Assembly (NCBI RefSeq): GCF_009914755.1
Contig: NC_060947.1
Source of the DNA: the human T2T-CHM13v2.0 reference genome, Homo sapiens
DNA length: 64,000 nucleotides
Direction: 5' to 3' (one strand)
Shown: positions 1 to 12,801 of the stretch, in pieces
Layout: every line of letters begins with the position of its first letter
Position numbering within the stretch: the stretch's first letter is position 1
Notes under the pieces: model-generated
Told to the model about the DNA's origin: nothing
Seen by the model: only the letters and a program-made list of their open reading frames with translations
Database searches by the model: none
Made by a program: the position numbers and the translations under genes

Positions 1-251
1 ATGTTCTCACTTATAAGTGGGTGCTAAGCTATGAGGATGCAAAGGCATAAGAATGATATAATGGACTTTGGGGACTGTGGAGGGGGAAGTTAGGAGGGGG
101 TGAGAGATAAAAGACTACATATTGGGTACCGTGTACACTGCTTGGGTGATGGGGAGAGCAAAAGTCTCAGAAATCACCACTAAAGAATGTATCCATGTAA
201 CCAAAACCACCTGTACCCCCAAAACTATTGAAATAAAAATAAAAATTAAAA
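1..251 (+). mobile_element. L1PB-type LINE-1 3' end (cut by window start)
   Basis: GCTAAGCTATGAGGATGCAAAGGCATAAGAATG...CTCAGAAATCACCACTAAAGAA matches the L1PB 3'UTR; A-rich tail. Confidence 0.9.
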
Positions 252-599
252 GAGTGCATTAAGTAGATATTTTTAGGAAAAAACATATAATCTCTTATCC
301 CCACCAATGTTATACAGTCTTAGTAGCAAGTAGAATATATATAATTGTAATTGTTGCAAAATTGCTTTGTGTACTCTAAAAGTAAACAAAATAAGCTTTG
401 AGAATTGTATTTAGTTTTTTGTTATCTAAAAAACACCTCAAAAACATTGCAGCTATGAAAACGGTGGAGAATTTCCAGGCCAATTTCTGCATGAAAGCCT
501 GACCCTGTAGGGCTAAGGGGAAAAGCAAAGCCTCAAAACTTCTGGAGTCCTTTGTACCCTCATCAATAATGCAAACACTTGCCCTCAATTCCATAGCCT

Positions 600-680
600 C
601 CCTGGGCCGGAAGAACTGACGCTGAAGTCCAAAGCACACAGAAAAGGGGGTGTCCTGGGGTAAGGGCGGGGCCGGATCTA
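600..680. promoter_or_regulatory. Small GC-rich cluster of promoter motifs
   Basis: CCGGAAG (ETS) 607-613, TGACG (CRE half-site) 617-621, GGGCGGGGC (Sp/KLF) 664-672 in an AT-rich context; motifs only. Confidence 0.35.
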
Positions 681-939
681 GACCTGCCTGCCCCACTTCT
701 CACCGAACCCCCATCGCCACCACCAAGCCTCTTGGAACTGCTCTGATCTGAGCCAGAGCATCAGGAACGTCAAATGTCAAATCAAGCTTGGAGCAGCTAA
801 CTTTGAGGGATAGTTATCTACTTTAAATTTTGGATGTTTTAAAAATATTTGAAACAAAAGTCATCTCTGTAATCCCTTTTCAGCCATTTTTTAATCTTCT
901 TTTGGACTAAGGTGTTTAAATCAATAATTTAAAGAAACT

Positions 940-943
<4 letters not shown>

Positions 944-980
<37 letters not shown>
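944..980. repeat. (TA)n microsatellite
   Basis: Perfect TA run of about 18 units. Confidence 0.98.
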
Positions 981-992
<12 letters not shown>

Positions 993-1169
993 ATATTAGA
1001 AATGACAATCAAAAAGTTCAACTTTAATTAACCACTTCATTGGTTGTGAGTTTCACTTCCTAGCAGTCATCCACTAATTAATATTTGTTAATCTCCATAG
1101 CAGAGTGAACAGACCCAAAAGTCACAAAAAAAGTCCTTTGACTTAAAAAGGAGAAGAATTTATTTCCTT

Positions 1170-1555
1170 TAAAAGAAAGAGCAAAGACAAATACCGTATG
1201 ATCTTACTTATGTGTGGAATCTAATAAAGTTGAACTCATGGAAGCAGAGAATAGAATGGTGGTTACCAGGGGCTGTGGGCGGGGCAGATGTTGGTCAAAG
1301 AGTACAAAGTTTGTTAAACAGAAGGAATAAGTTAAGAGGTCTATTGTGCAACATGGAGACTGTAGTTAATAACAATATATTATATACTTGAAAATTGCTA
1401 AGATTTTGTGTTCTTACCACAAATAAATATTTAAGGTAATGCATATGTTAATTAGCTCAATTTAGCCATTCCACACAATGTAGACATAATTCCAAACCTC
1501 ATGCCATACACCATAAACATATACACAATTATTTGTTAATTTAAATAAATAAATA
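1170..1555 (+). mobile_element. L1MA-type LINE-1 3' end
   Basis: GAAGCAGAGAATAGAATGGTGGTTACCAGGGGCTG...GGTAATGCATATGTTAATTAGCTC; (TAAA)n tail. Confidence 0.85.
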
Positions 1556-2314
1556 AGGAGTGGCAATTTGATTAATCAAAAATGGGGGAGGGGGGATTTA
1601 TACTAGATCCAGTCAACCAATAGCCAGGCTTTGTTTCCAGCTAATTAAATAGTAGAAAAGAATATGGTTTCCACCCATTCGACAAGAGTATGATAAGCTA
1701 AGGAGTAATGACAAAATGCAATTAATTTCACTATCTTTTCAATCATTTCAAGTGTTTGGTTCTATTCTATATGATTCTTTATTCAAGTTTGGTTCTATTC
1801 TATATGATTTTTTTTTCTTTTTAATTTTACTCCCAACATTTTTAACCTTATTATTAGGAACGTCATAGTTCCTAAAACATTGTTTTCTGGCTGAAGTATG
1901 AATTTTGCAAGTATAGTTTGTCGATATTAACTAGAAAAGAAAACGTGATCCTACATAATCACATGGGACAGTAACAAAAGAATATGGAAAGATGCTTTTA
2001 GGAAAAATTGCCAAAGACTTGGCAATGGGCAAAAGATTACTGAGTGTCCTTTCAGTGAAGTGCTTGCATATTATCCAAATGACCATCCCAGGATTGTCTG
2101 GCTCTATCCAGGTATGTACCTTTGACTGATTGTCTTCCTATTATTTAGGCTATTTTGTAACTCTGTAAGGGTAGAAGTTAAGCTATAGAAAACTGTTAGT
2201 AAAGCAAATAATTATTATCCATTGAAATGCAAATACACTGTATCTAGAAATATAATGAATTTCTGCCCTGTAGAAAGAATAATCTCGAACATTACATTTC
2301 ATTGCCATACAAGA

Positions 2315-2636
2315 CAGCAACATCCAACAAAATATATGTACAATGCAAGCCACAGATGTAATTTTACATTTTCTAGTAGCACACTGAAAAGGATAGAAAG
2401 AGGTGAAATTCATTTTAATAATACATTTTATGTAATTCAATTATGTTCAAAATATTATCATTTCAACAAGTAGTCAACATAAAAAATACTGAGATAGTTT
2501 ACATTCTTTTTTTGTATACTATGCCTTTGAAATGCCTAATGTACTTTATGTTTACAGCACATCTCAATTTATGCTAGCCACAATTCACATGCTCAACAGT
2601 CATGTGGTTAGTGGCTACCATTTTGAACACTGCAGC
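2315..2636. mobile_element. MER33-like non-autonomous hAT-Charlie element
   Basis: AAAATATTATCATTTCAACA...CAGCACATCTCAATT...GTGGCTACCATTTTGAACA; about 320 bp; second copy at 15.6 kb. Confidence 0.8.
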
Positions 2637-5039
2637 TATAGTTTTTGTCTGCACAGGTCTGGATAATTCAACTATTACATCTCCCCATGCAACTATTTGT
2701 TAAAACACTTTTGGTGTCAAACCTAGATATTTCTTCAGCTCCTACTATGTTCCTGGCTGTTTGCTACTTATTAGGATGGGTATAAAAACTATAATAAATG
2801 TCCCCTGACCTCAAAAAGTAAGATGAGGTAAGACATATAAATCATTAAACAAAAAATTAGAAGCAAGACTACATGTAAATGAATTCTCAAATTTAGTGGA
2901 CAATAGAGAAGTGAAAAATCAATATGATAGGCACATTCAAGGAGGAGACTTTGGAGGGAAGAGAGGAGCCAGGGATATTCCAGACTTAATAAACAGAATG
3001 AGGAAGGAAAGGGATGAGTTAATGGTTAGAGAAAACAAGGAGTTACTGGCCTGCTTTTATTTATTTATTTATTTATTTATTTAGCCTGATTATGTCAAAC
3101 ATTCCATTTCTTTGTTTCAGATCATAGTTTTCATAATATATGGTTGCTCTTAGGTGGATAAATTAAAATAGCTTTAGATTGAATATAGATCTTATCCATT
3201 ATATGTTGTATGATCTCAACTATGTTCTAAAAAATGCATTTTAAAAAACAGGAAGAAAACACCCAAAATGGTGCAGACAACTGGATTGATTATGGTGGGG
3301 TAGAGGATGATCCTGCTTCTTTGAAGTTTGCTATACCTTTTATTATCTTTTTTCAATAATCACATAATATTTTATAATTAGAAAAAATATATACTATTTA
3401 TATTATGTAAAGAAGTTTTATTCATTTGATGGTTCCAGAAATTCTGAAATGATGTTGGACAAATAGATATATCTGACCACCCCAGTATGATCTCCTGATG
3501 TCTAAATACCAGAACAATAGTCCAAGATCTTTTATATCACATATTCCAGAACCACAGGCTATTGTACTGATAAACTGGAGTAAGATTTTATCTATTTTCC
3601 ATCAATTTTGTCTGGCAACGTGAGAAGAGTCAAGTCTTGCTGAAGTTAATAAGTGGCCATCTGGGGCTTATTTTACTTTTGGAAAAGCAGATTGCTGAAG
3701 GTGACTGCCTCGTGTTAAGAAAGGTTCATGGCTAATGGTTTTGACAAGTAAAGCTGTTCAACTGCCTAAGGTGATTCATTTGATCACTCATCCCCTGTTA
3801 GTCACGCAGCTGATGGGAATTTTAAACACAACTTTCATCTTTGGCCTTTGCCTTCATGATTTCAGCTCATAGAGCAAACTATTGTCATATCTTCCAGTTA
3901 ACTTGACTAAGCAGCCCTAGAAGAATAACTGGATACTTTACTTTCACTTTGCCCACCCTACCTCTAGCACAATCATTAGGCATACCTTATCCTTATTTGC
4001 TTTTGATATTTACTAATTATTATTAACCATTGCCCTTTGTCTACTTCATTCTGACTTTTTCCACCTACTCAGCTATTTCTCATCTTTCCCACACCCGCTC
4101 CTGATTTAGCCCAGTAGTTTCAAGTTAACTTCTTGAAATAAGCCTGGCACATTTTCAAAATGCTAGAACATTTAGTGGATTTATAATAAGATGGCTCTGT
4201 AAGTGTCAATTCGTCAAGTTTGCAATTTTTTGTTGATCAACCATGGTATTGATGGATTTATGAAGCTATAGGGAATTTTTTTAAGCAGGTATGGACCTAA
4301 AGAAGTCCTGAATAGCTTGCTTGTATTCATGGAGTTAGATGGGTGGGTTGGGGGGAGACCATGAACTATAGAAAAGAGTATGCAAATGGATATGAGTAAG
4401 GATGTCCACCACAGTGTTCTTTATGCTAACAAAAACTCTAGAAACAACCTGAATATCCAAAGGGGAATAGTGGAGGAAAATTATTGTATCTCTAAACATT
4501 GAAATATCAGGCAGCTATCTGCAAACTCATTGTGATATTATTTGAGCAAAGTGTTACTAAGAATAGACTCTTAACATTACTTGCTCTTACATATATGATC
4601 TCACTCACTTGCCTGTGAGTCTTTGATGATCCTCTGTCTTCTGGATGAGGTATCTTTGCTCTCCTCCTGCTTACCCCAGCCAATCTCCATGATTTGCATT
4701 TTCAAGTTTGTGGAGATAAATCACGTGTTGGTTGTGGTAGCCACATGGTCAATTCGCACATTTCCTTCATTAAAAAATTCAAACTGTTGTGCTAGGAGGG
4801 CGGAGGGGATTTCGGAAGACTCTTTGAGGAAAAAAATTGTTTGTACCACTGGAAACCTCTGTCCAAAGCATTGATGTCATTAGATTAACTCAGCTATATA
4901 AGAAGCTATTGATAGATTTCCATATAAATAATCTGTTTATTTCCCTGCATTCACAGCCTCCTTTCCCCATCGCTGGCCCCATTTAACTGCCATTCCAGAA
5001 ACAAGATCCAATCAATGTGGCTGGAGCATTTATGGAAGG

Positions 5040-5310
5040 TTCCATAAAATAAGAAAGACCTGAGTGGGGCCTTGAGGAATGGCAAAACCTTTTGTAGGCA
5101 GGGCATATGGAGAACAGTCTATCACACTGGTGTTAAACGGCAGGGCTGAAAACGAGTGTGAGGTGCCCTGAAGTCAGAGTCTGATCCAGCCACAGTAATA
5201 GGTTCGGCTGGAAGGTGAGTGGGAGGTATGGTCTGGGGAGCCACATTAAGATCCTTGAATGTTTAATACAAGAGTTGACGTGTCATTCAGTACTTGATGG
5301 GAAGCCCCTG
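5040..5310 (-). mobile_element. L2 fragment
   Basis: Degenerate L2-like segments (GGGCCTTGAGGAATGG, CCTTGAATG...GATGGGAAGCC). Confidence 0.45.
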
Positions 5311-6779
5311 GCACAATCCTTCTCAATCAGCATCACACATGCAACTTATCCAAACTACGTGCGGCCTCCCCTGCTGCAGCTAAGAACCACTGCTATAAGA
5401 AAACAGTAGTCAGATAGAACCAGGTCAAGAAAGAGGCAGAGAAAAGCCCTTGACTGGAATTAAACAGCAGCAAAGTGATGATAACCTTGGTAAGAAGCCA
5501 ACCCTCTCACCCCTGAGCTTTGTGTTCAGCTTTCTGTTCTCTCATTTTGATTACTTCTGCGCCTTCCTCCAGGATACTCTTTCCTTCATTCTCTAGCTGA
5601 ACAATTCAGGGAAAACCTTTTTCTTTGTGTTTCCATGGCAGAGTGGAAGCAGACTGACATTTTCCCAAATTGCATTATAAACTGCCAAGAGGGGGGGAAA
5701 AAAAGCAAGAAGATAAGAATAGCACAAAAAAGTCAACGTTCCCAAGTGAAGATTTGGAGTCCAAAATTCCCTAAGTAGGTAATGTCATTAAAGCAGTGGG
5801 CCTGAGAAGTGCTGCTGTTAAAGAAGCACCATCCAAACAGGAACCCCAATCCCTACATAAAGGGATCCAATGATATAGAGCGCACAACTCTTACTAAAAT
5901 CCTCTTTCCTCTCCCATTTTCAGGCATCCCAAAATTCCCAGAAATGTTTCACTATCCTATCTGAGAAGTTACTCTCTCACCATGCTACTCTTAACTCTCT
6001 CTTCCACAAATCATCCCATATGTCACTTCCCAAAATATCACAAAGTCTGTGCTACAAACCACTACACTTCTCTCTCCCTCTCCTTCCCACTTCCCCTCCC
6101 TCTCTCTCTCCTTCATTAACCTGGGCCTTTCCTGAACACCCTGTCACAGGCAGGAAAAAACCAAAGGCTGTGAATGTCTAAATGCCATATTTTCATCTGA
6201 CAGCCATTCTTCCTAATTCTTCACCTGCCTGTAAGCTATGTGATCACTAAACCCTGCCTGTTCTTCAGCACACAGAAAAAAATGGCAATGTTCACAAACC
6301 CAACCTTATTATTTTTCAAACCTCCTGTATTTGCTTGGGAGCTATTGCTCAGCTCCAGATTCCTGATGAAGGCAGATACCTACTTCATATCTGAAGCAGG
6401 GCAGTGGTCACTAGTACCCCTTGAGCACCAGTGAATGGTACAGCCAGGCCCAGATCAAGTCGCCAAAACCACCTGCTCTGCTACTCCTAAAATAACTCAA
6501 AAAAGACTTCTCTTCCTCTACCCTCAGCCCCCCAACACTTGCATACGTGTAACTGGAAAAGGTGTACTTGTAGAATTTCACAATATAACAATTCCTTAAC
6601 TTTATTACAAGACTAAGATAGATTCGGGGTTGGGGGTGTGGGGGGAGGGGGACTGGTAAGCATAAGAGAAAGGAAAAGAAAAGAGAAACTTAGATAACTA
6701 GTGTCAAAGCTCTGTTTTGAGAAGGCCTTAAAAATGTTTATGGACTTCCCTTCCAGTAGACTTTTTCGGCAAAACATAT

Positions 6780-6912
6780 TAGAAAGTTATGGGAACTACA
6801 ATGCCATCAGGAACTCTTAGTATTCACCTGGAAGTGAGAACCAAGCACAGTATCCTACTCAGTGTCCCGCCGAAAGAAAACCGTAGTACTTGCAGCCAAG
6901 TTGAAAATGGAA
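6780..6912. promoter_or_regulatory. Promoter-like motif cluster, possibly decayed
   Basis: ACTACAATGCC (ZNF143/SBS-like), CTGGAAGTG (ETS-like), TCCCGCC (E2F-like), AAAATGG (YY1-like). Confidence 0.3.
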
Positions 6913-6921
6913 ATCAACTCT

Positions 6922-7422
6922 TGTGGTAGATCATTTCCAAAGGTGGCCACCAACAATCCTTCTATCCCTGTACACCCCTCCCCCATCAAGAGGTGAGGTC
7001 TATTTTCTCCTGAACTGGTCTCATGACTTGTTTTGGCCAATCAAATGAGGCAGAAGTGATGTTCTAGTACTCCTAAGAGCTACAAGAACTATAAGGCTTT
7101 AAGAACACTTGTAGTTTCTGCTTTTGTGTTTCTGGAATCAGCCGATAGGTTAAAAAGCTCAGGCGAGGCCACTAAATGAGAAGACAGGGCATAACCAGCC
7201 CCTAGCCCTTCCAGCTGAGGCCAGGCATGTATGTATGCCATCTTAGTCAGTCCATCCCAAGCTGAGCTCCCAGTTGAATACAGCCAACACCATGTCTAGC
7301 AGAAGAACTACCTAGCTGAGCCCAGTGAATCCACAGAATCCATGAGAATTAATAGACTGTTATTGTTTTAATCCACTAAGGTTTGAGGGAGTTTTTATAC
7401 ACAGCAAGAGATAACTGAGACA
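6922..7422 (+). mobile_element. MLT1 (MaLR) solo LTR, MLT1F/G/H-like
   Basis: TG...CA ends; MLT1 3' end TTGTTTTAATCCACTAAG...GATAACTGAGACA; 5-bp TSD ACTCT at 6917-6921 and 7423-7427. Confidence 0.9.
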
Positions 7423-7899
7423 ACTCTGGTTATCAATTCAACCAATCTCACTCAAGGATTTCAACAAATCTGCATCCTAGATAGCCTTTTAATTTTCCTA
7501 GTTTTTATGTTTAAGCTGTTCTTTTGTTACTTGATTGTTCTATATTGATCTCAGTCATGCATTCCAGACAGTTTTGATTTCAAATATTATCCCCCATAGT
7601 TCCCATAAAAACAATCAAACTTATTAGAGCTTACTTTAGGATCAAAAACTCTGATCACTTTATCTATATTATTCCCTTAATAGAGTTAATACCTAAACTT
7701 CCTCTTTGATTCTGAAGATACTTTGGATTTTATTATTGGCCTGATTTTTAAATTTTTACTTTGAAAATTTCTGGGTCTGTATTTGCAGTGATAATTTCCT
7801 TTTGAATGTGTTTTTTGCAAGTTTATTCATGCTTTTCAAATGTAAATTCACTGATGTGAGAGCAATATGTATTCAGACAATAGCATTCATCAGATGTCA

Positions 7900-8345
7900 C
7901 TGCTGAACTGGAAGGATTCCCCAGGGTTTAGTTCTAATCCTTCTCCCTTCCTTACTCTATAGAATCTCTGTGTGACTTTATCAATGTCAATGACTTCAAT
8001 TATCATCTTTAAATGATGACTGTCAAATCCAGACTTCCCATTTGGACTTCCCCACTGACAGTCAGATACAACTCCAACTGCCCACCAGGCATCTCCACTT
8101 AAATGCTCTACAGACTTCACAAACTTCTCTCCAAAATGAAATTCCTTGTCCTCCAAAACTTGCTCTTCCTCCCTTAATCTTTTGCTCAATCAATAGTAGC
8201 AGCATCCATCCAAAAATATGGCATGTGGGTCTCCTCACCCAATTATGAGCCCTAGGTCCCATTCATTTCCATATCCCCAAATCTTAGCACAGGACCTAAT
8301 ACACAGTAATGATCACTTTTTTTTTAAATTAATAACTGAATGAAC
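7900..8345 (+). mobile_element. L2 fragments
   Basis: ATGATGACTGTCAAAT...CAACTGCCCACCAGGCATCTCCACTT core; TGAATGAA end. Confidence 0.7.
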
Positions 8346-9844
8346 AATGAGGTTCTGGTTACCTCAATAAGAAATATCAGCTGTTGTCTAACCCAGATGT
8401 GCCAATACTTTTAGCACTATCTAGTCTTATTCAAGGCAAGACTTCCACTAACAGAAAGAGGCAGAACTAAATGGGTCACCATAGGCCACATGCTTGAAAA
8501 AGTCTTGACCTCAACATGCTTATGAAGTACAGCCTTCCTTATCAGGACTGATGTTAATTTGAACAGGTTGCATGATGAACCTATTCCCTCAGTTCCTGAG
8601 CCCCTGCTGCACCCAAGCCCTGTTCTGAGCAAAGCATGTCACCTTCCTGATTTCAGAAATGAGACCTCTTCCTGGTCATTCATGCTACCATAACCCCAAG
8701 ATAGTCTTGTACTCTACAGCTGCACCATACCAAATAGCTCCACCTTCTGGGATACAAGCTTTTAACATTTTTTCCCCAAATCACAAATTTCCAGCCAGGT
8801 CCAAGTAGTTCAATGCCAACTCAGTTGAAATCTGTGATTTCTTTAAGGCACTGTGTTGCAGATGTTAATTCCTCTTTATTCCTGAGTCATATGTGCAGAC
8901 CCAAGTCCTGGCTGATTCACTGTGCACCACTTCCTCTCTCAGTAGCTCTACAAGTACAACCTGCTTCAAAGCCAAACCAGTCTGAGTCACAGGCATTTTA
9001 AGTTTGTCTTTGTAGCCTAAATGTCTCATTCTCTTGGTAGGATCATGACTGACAGCTTGTGAACAACATTTTTTAGTATTTATTTCTACAATAACTGCTT
9101 TTGTACTCCCAGATTAATTTGTAGCATCTTCAATAATAAATTATTTGATCTGGCAACTTCTTTATGAAATCAAGCACAGTCCCACATATCCATGACATAC
9201 CCTCTGGGTTTATAATCCTAGACGCTTAAACATAACTACTTTTTTTCATTCAAATACATTTGCTTTTCTGGAGTTGGGGGTGATTATAATGGTTCATTCA
9301 AAATACTTTTTAGTAAAACAGTACTTCCCAATTTTGTAACATCTGAATAAAAAAGCTATTTAATCTCCCTGAAAACATTTTTTGGCATTAAAATTCCTTA
9401 TATCCATTTACATAACGATGAGGAAAGCTCAATGAAACTACCAATCTATTTAACATCTCATGTTTGATGAAGCACATTAAAACATGAATGTACGGTCAAA
9501 AGACAGGTTATTTCACTACCAGACCATGTCATACTACTTCTCTAACAAATTCTTATCACCTTCTTCCTGTCCTTTGCTTTTCCGTACAGTCTATACAACT
9601 ACATCATTACAAATTGAATAAACTAAGAAGGATGTATAAGATTTAACACATTAGTGAAATGTGAATTATATATAAATCAATGCCAATGTGCTAACAGCAA
9701 AGATCTTAACAGCTCTACTTTACTTATAGAGTAAAATAAACATATTAACAATTTACATGAGAATGGTTGAAACTCAAAAACCTGAAAACAAAAATTTGGT
9801 TTAGCAATCTTTTTATTAAAGTCTAAAATTAATCTTTGGATCTC

Positions 9845-11322
9845 CCTATCAAAATCCCAGCTGGCTTTTGTTTTTTCCAGAAGTTGACAAGTTGATTCTA
9901 AAATTCATATGGAAATGCAAGAGACTCATAATAGTCAAAACAATCTGAAAAAGAAGAACAAAGTTGGAGGACTCACACTTCCCAATGTCAAAACCTACTT
10001 TAAAGTTATAGTAATCAAGATGGTGTCGCACTGGCATACGGATAGACACATAGGCCAATGGAATAGAATTGAGAGTCCAGAAATAAACCCTTACATTTAT
10101 GGTCAATTGATTTTTGACAAGGGTGCCAAGACAAATCAATGGGGAAAAATAGTCTTTTCAACAAATGGTGCTGAGACAACATGCAAAAGATTGAAGTTGG
10201 ACTTCTTCCTCACACTATATGGAAAAATTAACTTAATGTGGATCATAGACCTCAATGTAAGGGCTAAAATTATCAAGCACTTAAAAGAAATAGGAGTATA
10301 TCTTCCTGACCTTGGGTTAGCCAATGATTTCTCAGATATGACACCAAAAGCACAAGTGACAAAAGAAAAAATAGATAATCATGTATCTAACTGGTATCCT
10401 TAATGTATAAAGAATTCCTACAATTCAATAATAGAAAGACTAATAACTCAATTTAAAAATGGGCAAAAAAATTGAATAGACATTTCTCTGAAAAGATACA
10501 CAAATGACCAATAAGCACATGAAAAGTTATTCAACATCATTAGTCATCAGGGAAATTCAAATCAAAAGGATAATAAGATAGTATTTCACACCCAGTAGGA
10601 TGGCTGTAATCAAAAAGAGAGACAATAACAAGTGTTGGTGAGGATGTGGAGAAGCTGAAACCTTCCTCATACACTGCTGGTGGGAGTATAAAAGGGCACA
10701 GCTGCTTTGGGAAACAGTTTGACAATTCTTCAAAATGTTAAATATAGTGTTACAAATGACCTAGAAATCCTACACCTAAGTGTACACTCAAAAGAAATGA
10801 AAATACATGTCCATACAAAAATATGTATGTTCACACCAGCACTATTCATAATAGCCAAAAAGTAGAAACAACCTAAATGTCCATCAACTGACAGTTGGTT
10901 AAATAAGAAGTGCTATACCCACACAATGAAATATTACTCAGCAATAAAAAGAAATGAAGTATTGATTAGTGAACCTTGAAAACATTATGCTAAGTGCTAG
11001 TTGAAAGAATCCAGTCACAAATACCGCATACTAATATGATTCTGTTTCTAGGAAATGTCTACAATAGGCAAATCTACAGGGACAGAGTGTAGATTAGTGA
11101 TTTCTTAGGGCTAAAGGATGTAATGGGGTGAGGAATGAGGAGTGATTTTTAATGGGTACCAAGTTTCTTTTAGCAGAATGAAAGCATTCTCAAGTTAGAT
11201 TGTGATTGTGATTCTACACCTATTTTAAATAGGTGAAAATAACAAAAAAAATTAATTATACACTTTAAATAGGTGAATTGTATGGTATGTAAATTATATC
11301 TCAATATAGCTGTTAAAAAATA
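9845..11322 (+). mobile_element. L1MB-type LINE-1, ORF2 C-terminal part and 3'UTR
   Basis: ORF 9909-10403 (GGLTLP...QWNRIESPEINPYIYGQLIFDKG) is L1 ORF2p; 3' end GTATGTAAATTATATCTCAAT. Confidence 0.92.
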
Positions 11323-11812
11323 AAAGTAATTTTCTTCCCACTTCTTGTCACAATTCATTATGAAATCTGAACCAGGGAGTTCATTAAAAAGGAAGTTTCA
11401 TGAACTTCCTTTTTTCCCTCAATAGGTTTTATTTGTAGCTGAACATTCTGTAACTGAAGTGCCTGCTAAATTGATTCTGTTCCTCTTCATGGGGCAAATT
11501 TCATCAAATTTTCCTTCAATTGTTCTTTCCCTAATATAGATCAGTACTCTTGTATTTAGAAGATGCAGTTCCAAATGATTCCTCACTTATACCCTGGGTA
11601 GTATGTAATGTTGCCACAAGAAGCTACTTTTCTTTTGATTCAAAAGACTTGGCCAGTCTGCAATCTATTTTCTGCTTCCAGAAAGACTACTCAGAAAACA
11701 TTACTTCTATCAGGAGCACTTGTGAAAGACTTTGAAATGGGCCAAAAAAATATGTCTGAGTGTCCTGTCTGGTACATTCTTTCAGGTTATCTGATTCTAC
11801 AGGGGTTTGTGC

Positions 11813-12117
11813 TTTTTTTTTTTTTTTTTTTTTTTTGAGACCGAGTCTCACTCTCTTCCAGACTGGAGTACAGTAGCGTGATCTCCGCCCACTGCAACCT
11901 CTGCCTCCTGGGGTTCAAGCAATTCTCCTACCTCAGCCTCCCGAGAAGCTGGGATTATAGGCAGGTGCCACCATGCCCAGCTAATTTTTGTATTTTTAGT
12001 AGAGACAGGGTTTCACCATGTTGGCCAGGCTGGTCTTGAACTCCTGACCTCAGGTGATCTGCCTGCCTCAGCCTACCAAAGTGCTGGAATTACAGGCGTA
12101 AGCCACCACACCCAGCC
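11813..12117 (-). mobile_element. AluS (Sx/Sz-like)
   Basis: Full dimer, poly(T) on left, CTCCTGACCTCAGGTGATC, TSD GGTTTGTGC. Confidence 0.95.
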
Positions 12118-12426
12118 TGGTTTGTGCCTTTTGATGCCTTCAACCTATTTTACAACTCTGTACATTGTAGAAAAAAACAGATAATAATGTAAATGATTCA
12201 TGTACATAGAAATGCAAATGAATTGTGTCAGTGGAATGGAATGGACATCAAGCAGTTTTGCATCTATTTCTGAATTTATGTAAGCATTCCTGATGTGTTC
12301 TTTGAATTCTCCTTTGAACTGATTATAAAGTCTTACTGGTTCCCTTAGTAATTAATTTGATAAATAAGATATTTTATAAGTGTTCACTTTATTTTTGTCC
12401 TGGTTTTAACATTTCTTCGAAGAGTA

Positions 12427-12801
12427 TGTCTTAGTTCAGGCTGCTATAACAAAAATACCATAGACTGGGTGACTTAAATGACAAACAATTTCTCACAGTT
12501 CTGGAGACTGGAAGTTCAAGATCAAGGCACAAGCAGATTCAGTGTCTGGTGAGGACTCTCTTCCTGATTTGCAGAAAGCCTGTCTTCTCATTGTATTGTC
12601 ACATGGTAAGAGGGGTGAGCCATAGCAAGTTCTTGTGTCTTCCCTTATAAGGGCACTAATACCATTCATGAAGTCTCTACCCTCATTATCTCATCTAAAT
12701 TCAATCACTTCCCAAAGGTTCCACCTTCTAATACCATTACATTGGGAGTTAGGATTTCAACAAATGAATCTGGGGGTGAGGGACACAGTCAGTCCATAAC
12801 A
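12427..12801 (-). mobile_element. MLT1A-type solo LTR
   Basis: TGTCTTAGTTCAGGCTGCTATAACAAAAATACCATAGACTGGGTG...CAGTCCATAACA. Confidence 0.88.

Noticed and set aside
376-696. 106-aa ORF by the GC-rich patch
   Set aside because: Starts at GTG, no recognisable domain or splice support
7430-7890. A-rich coding-like minus-strand sequence
   Set aside because: Multiple stops; more simply a very old LINE remnant
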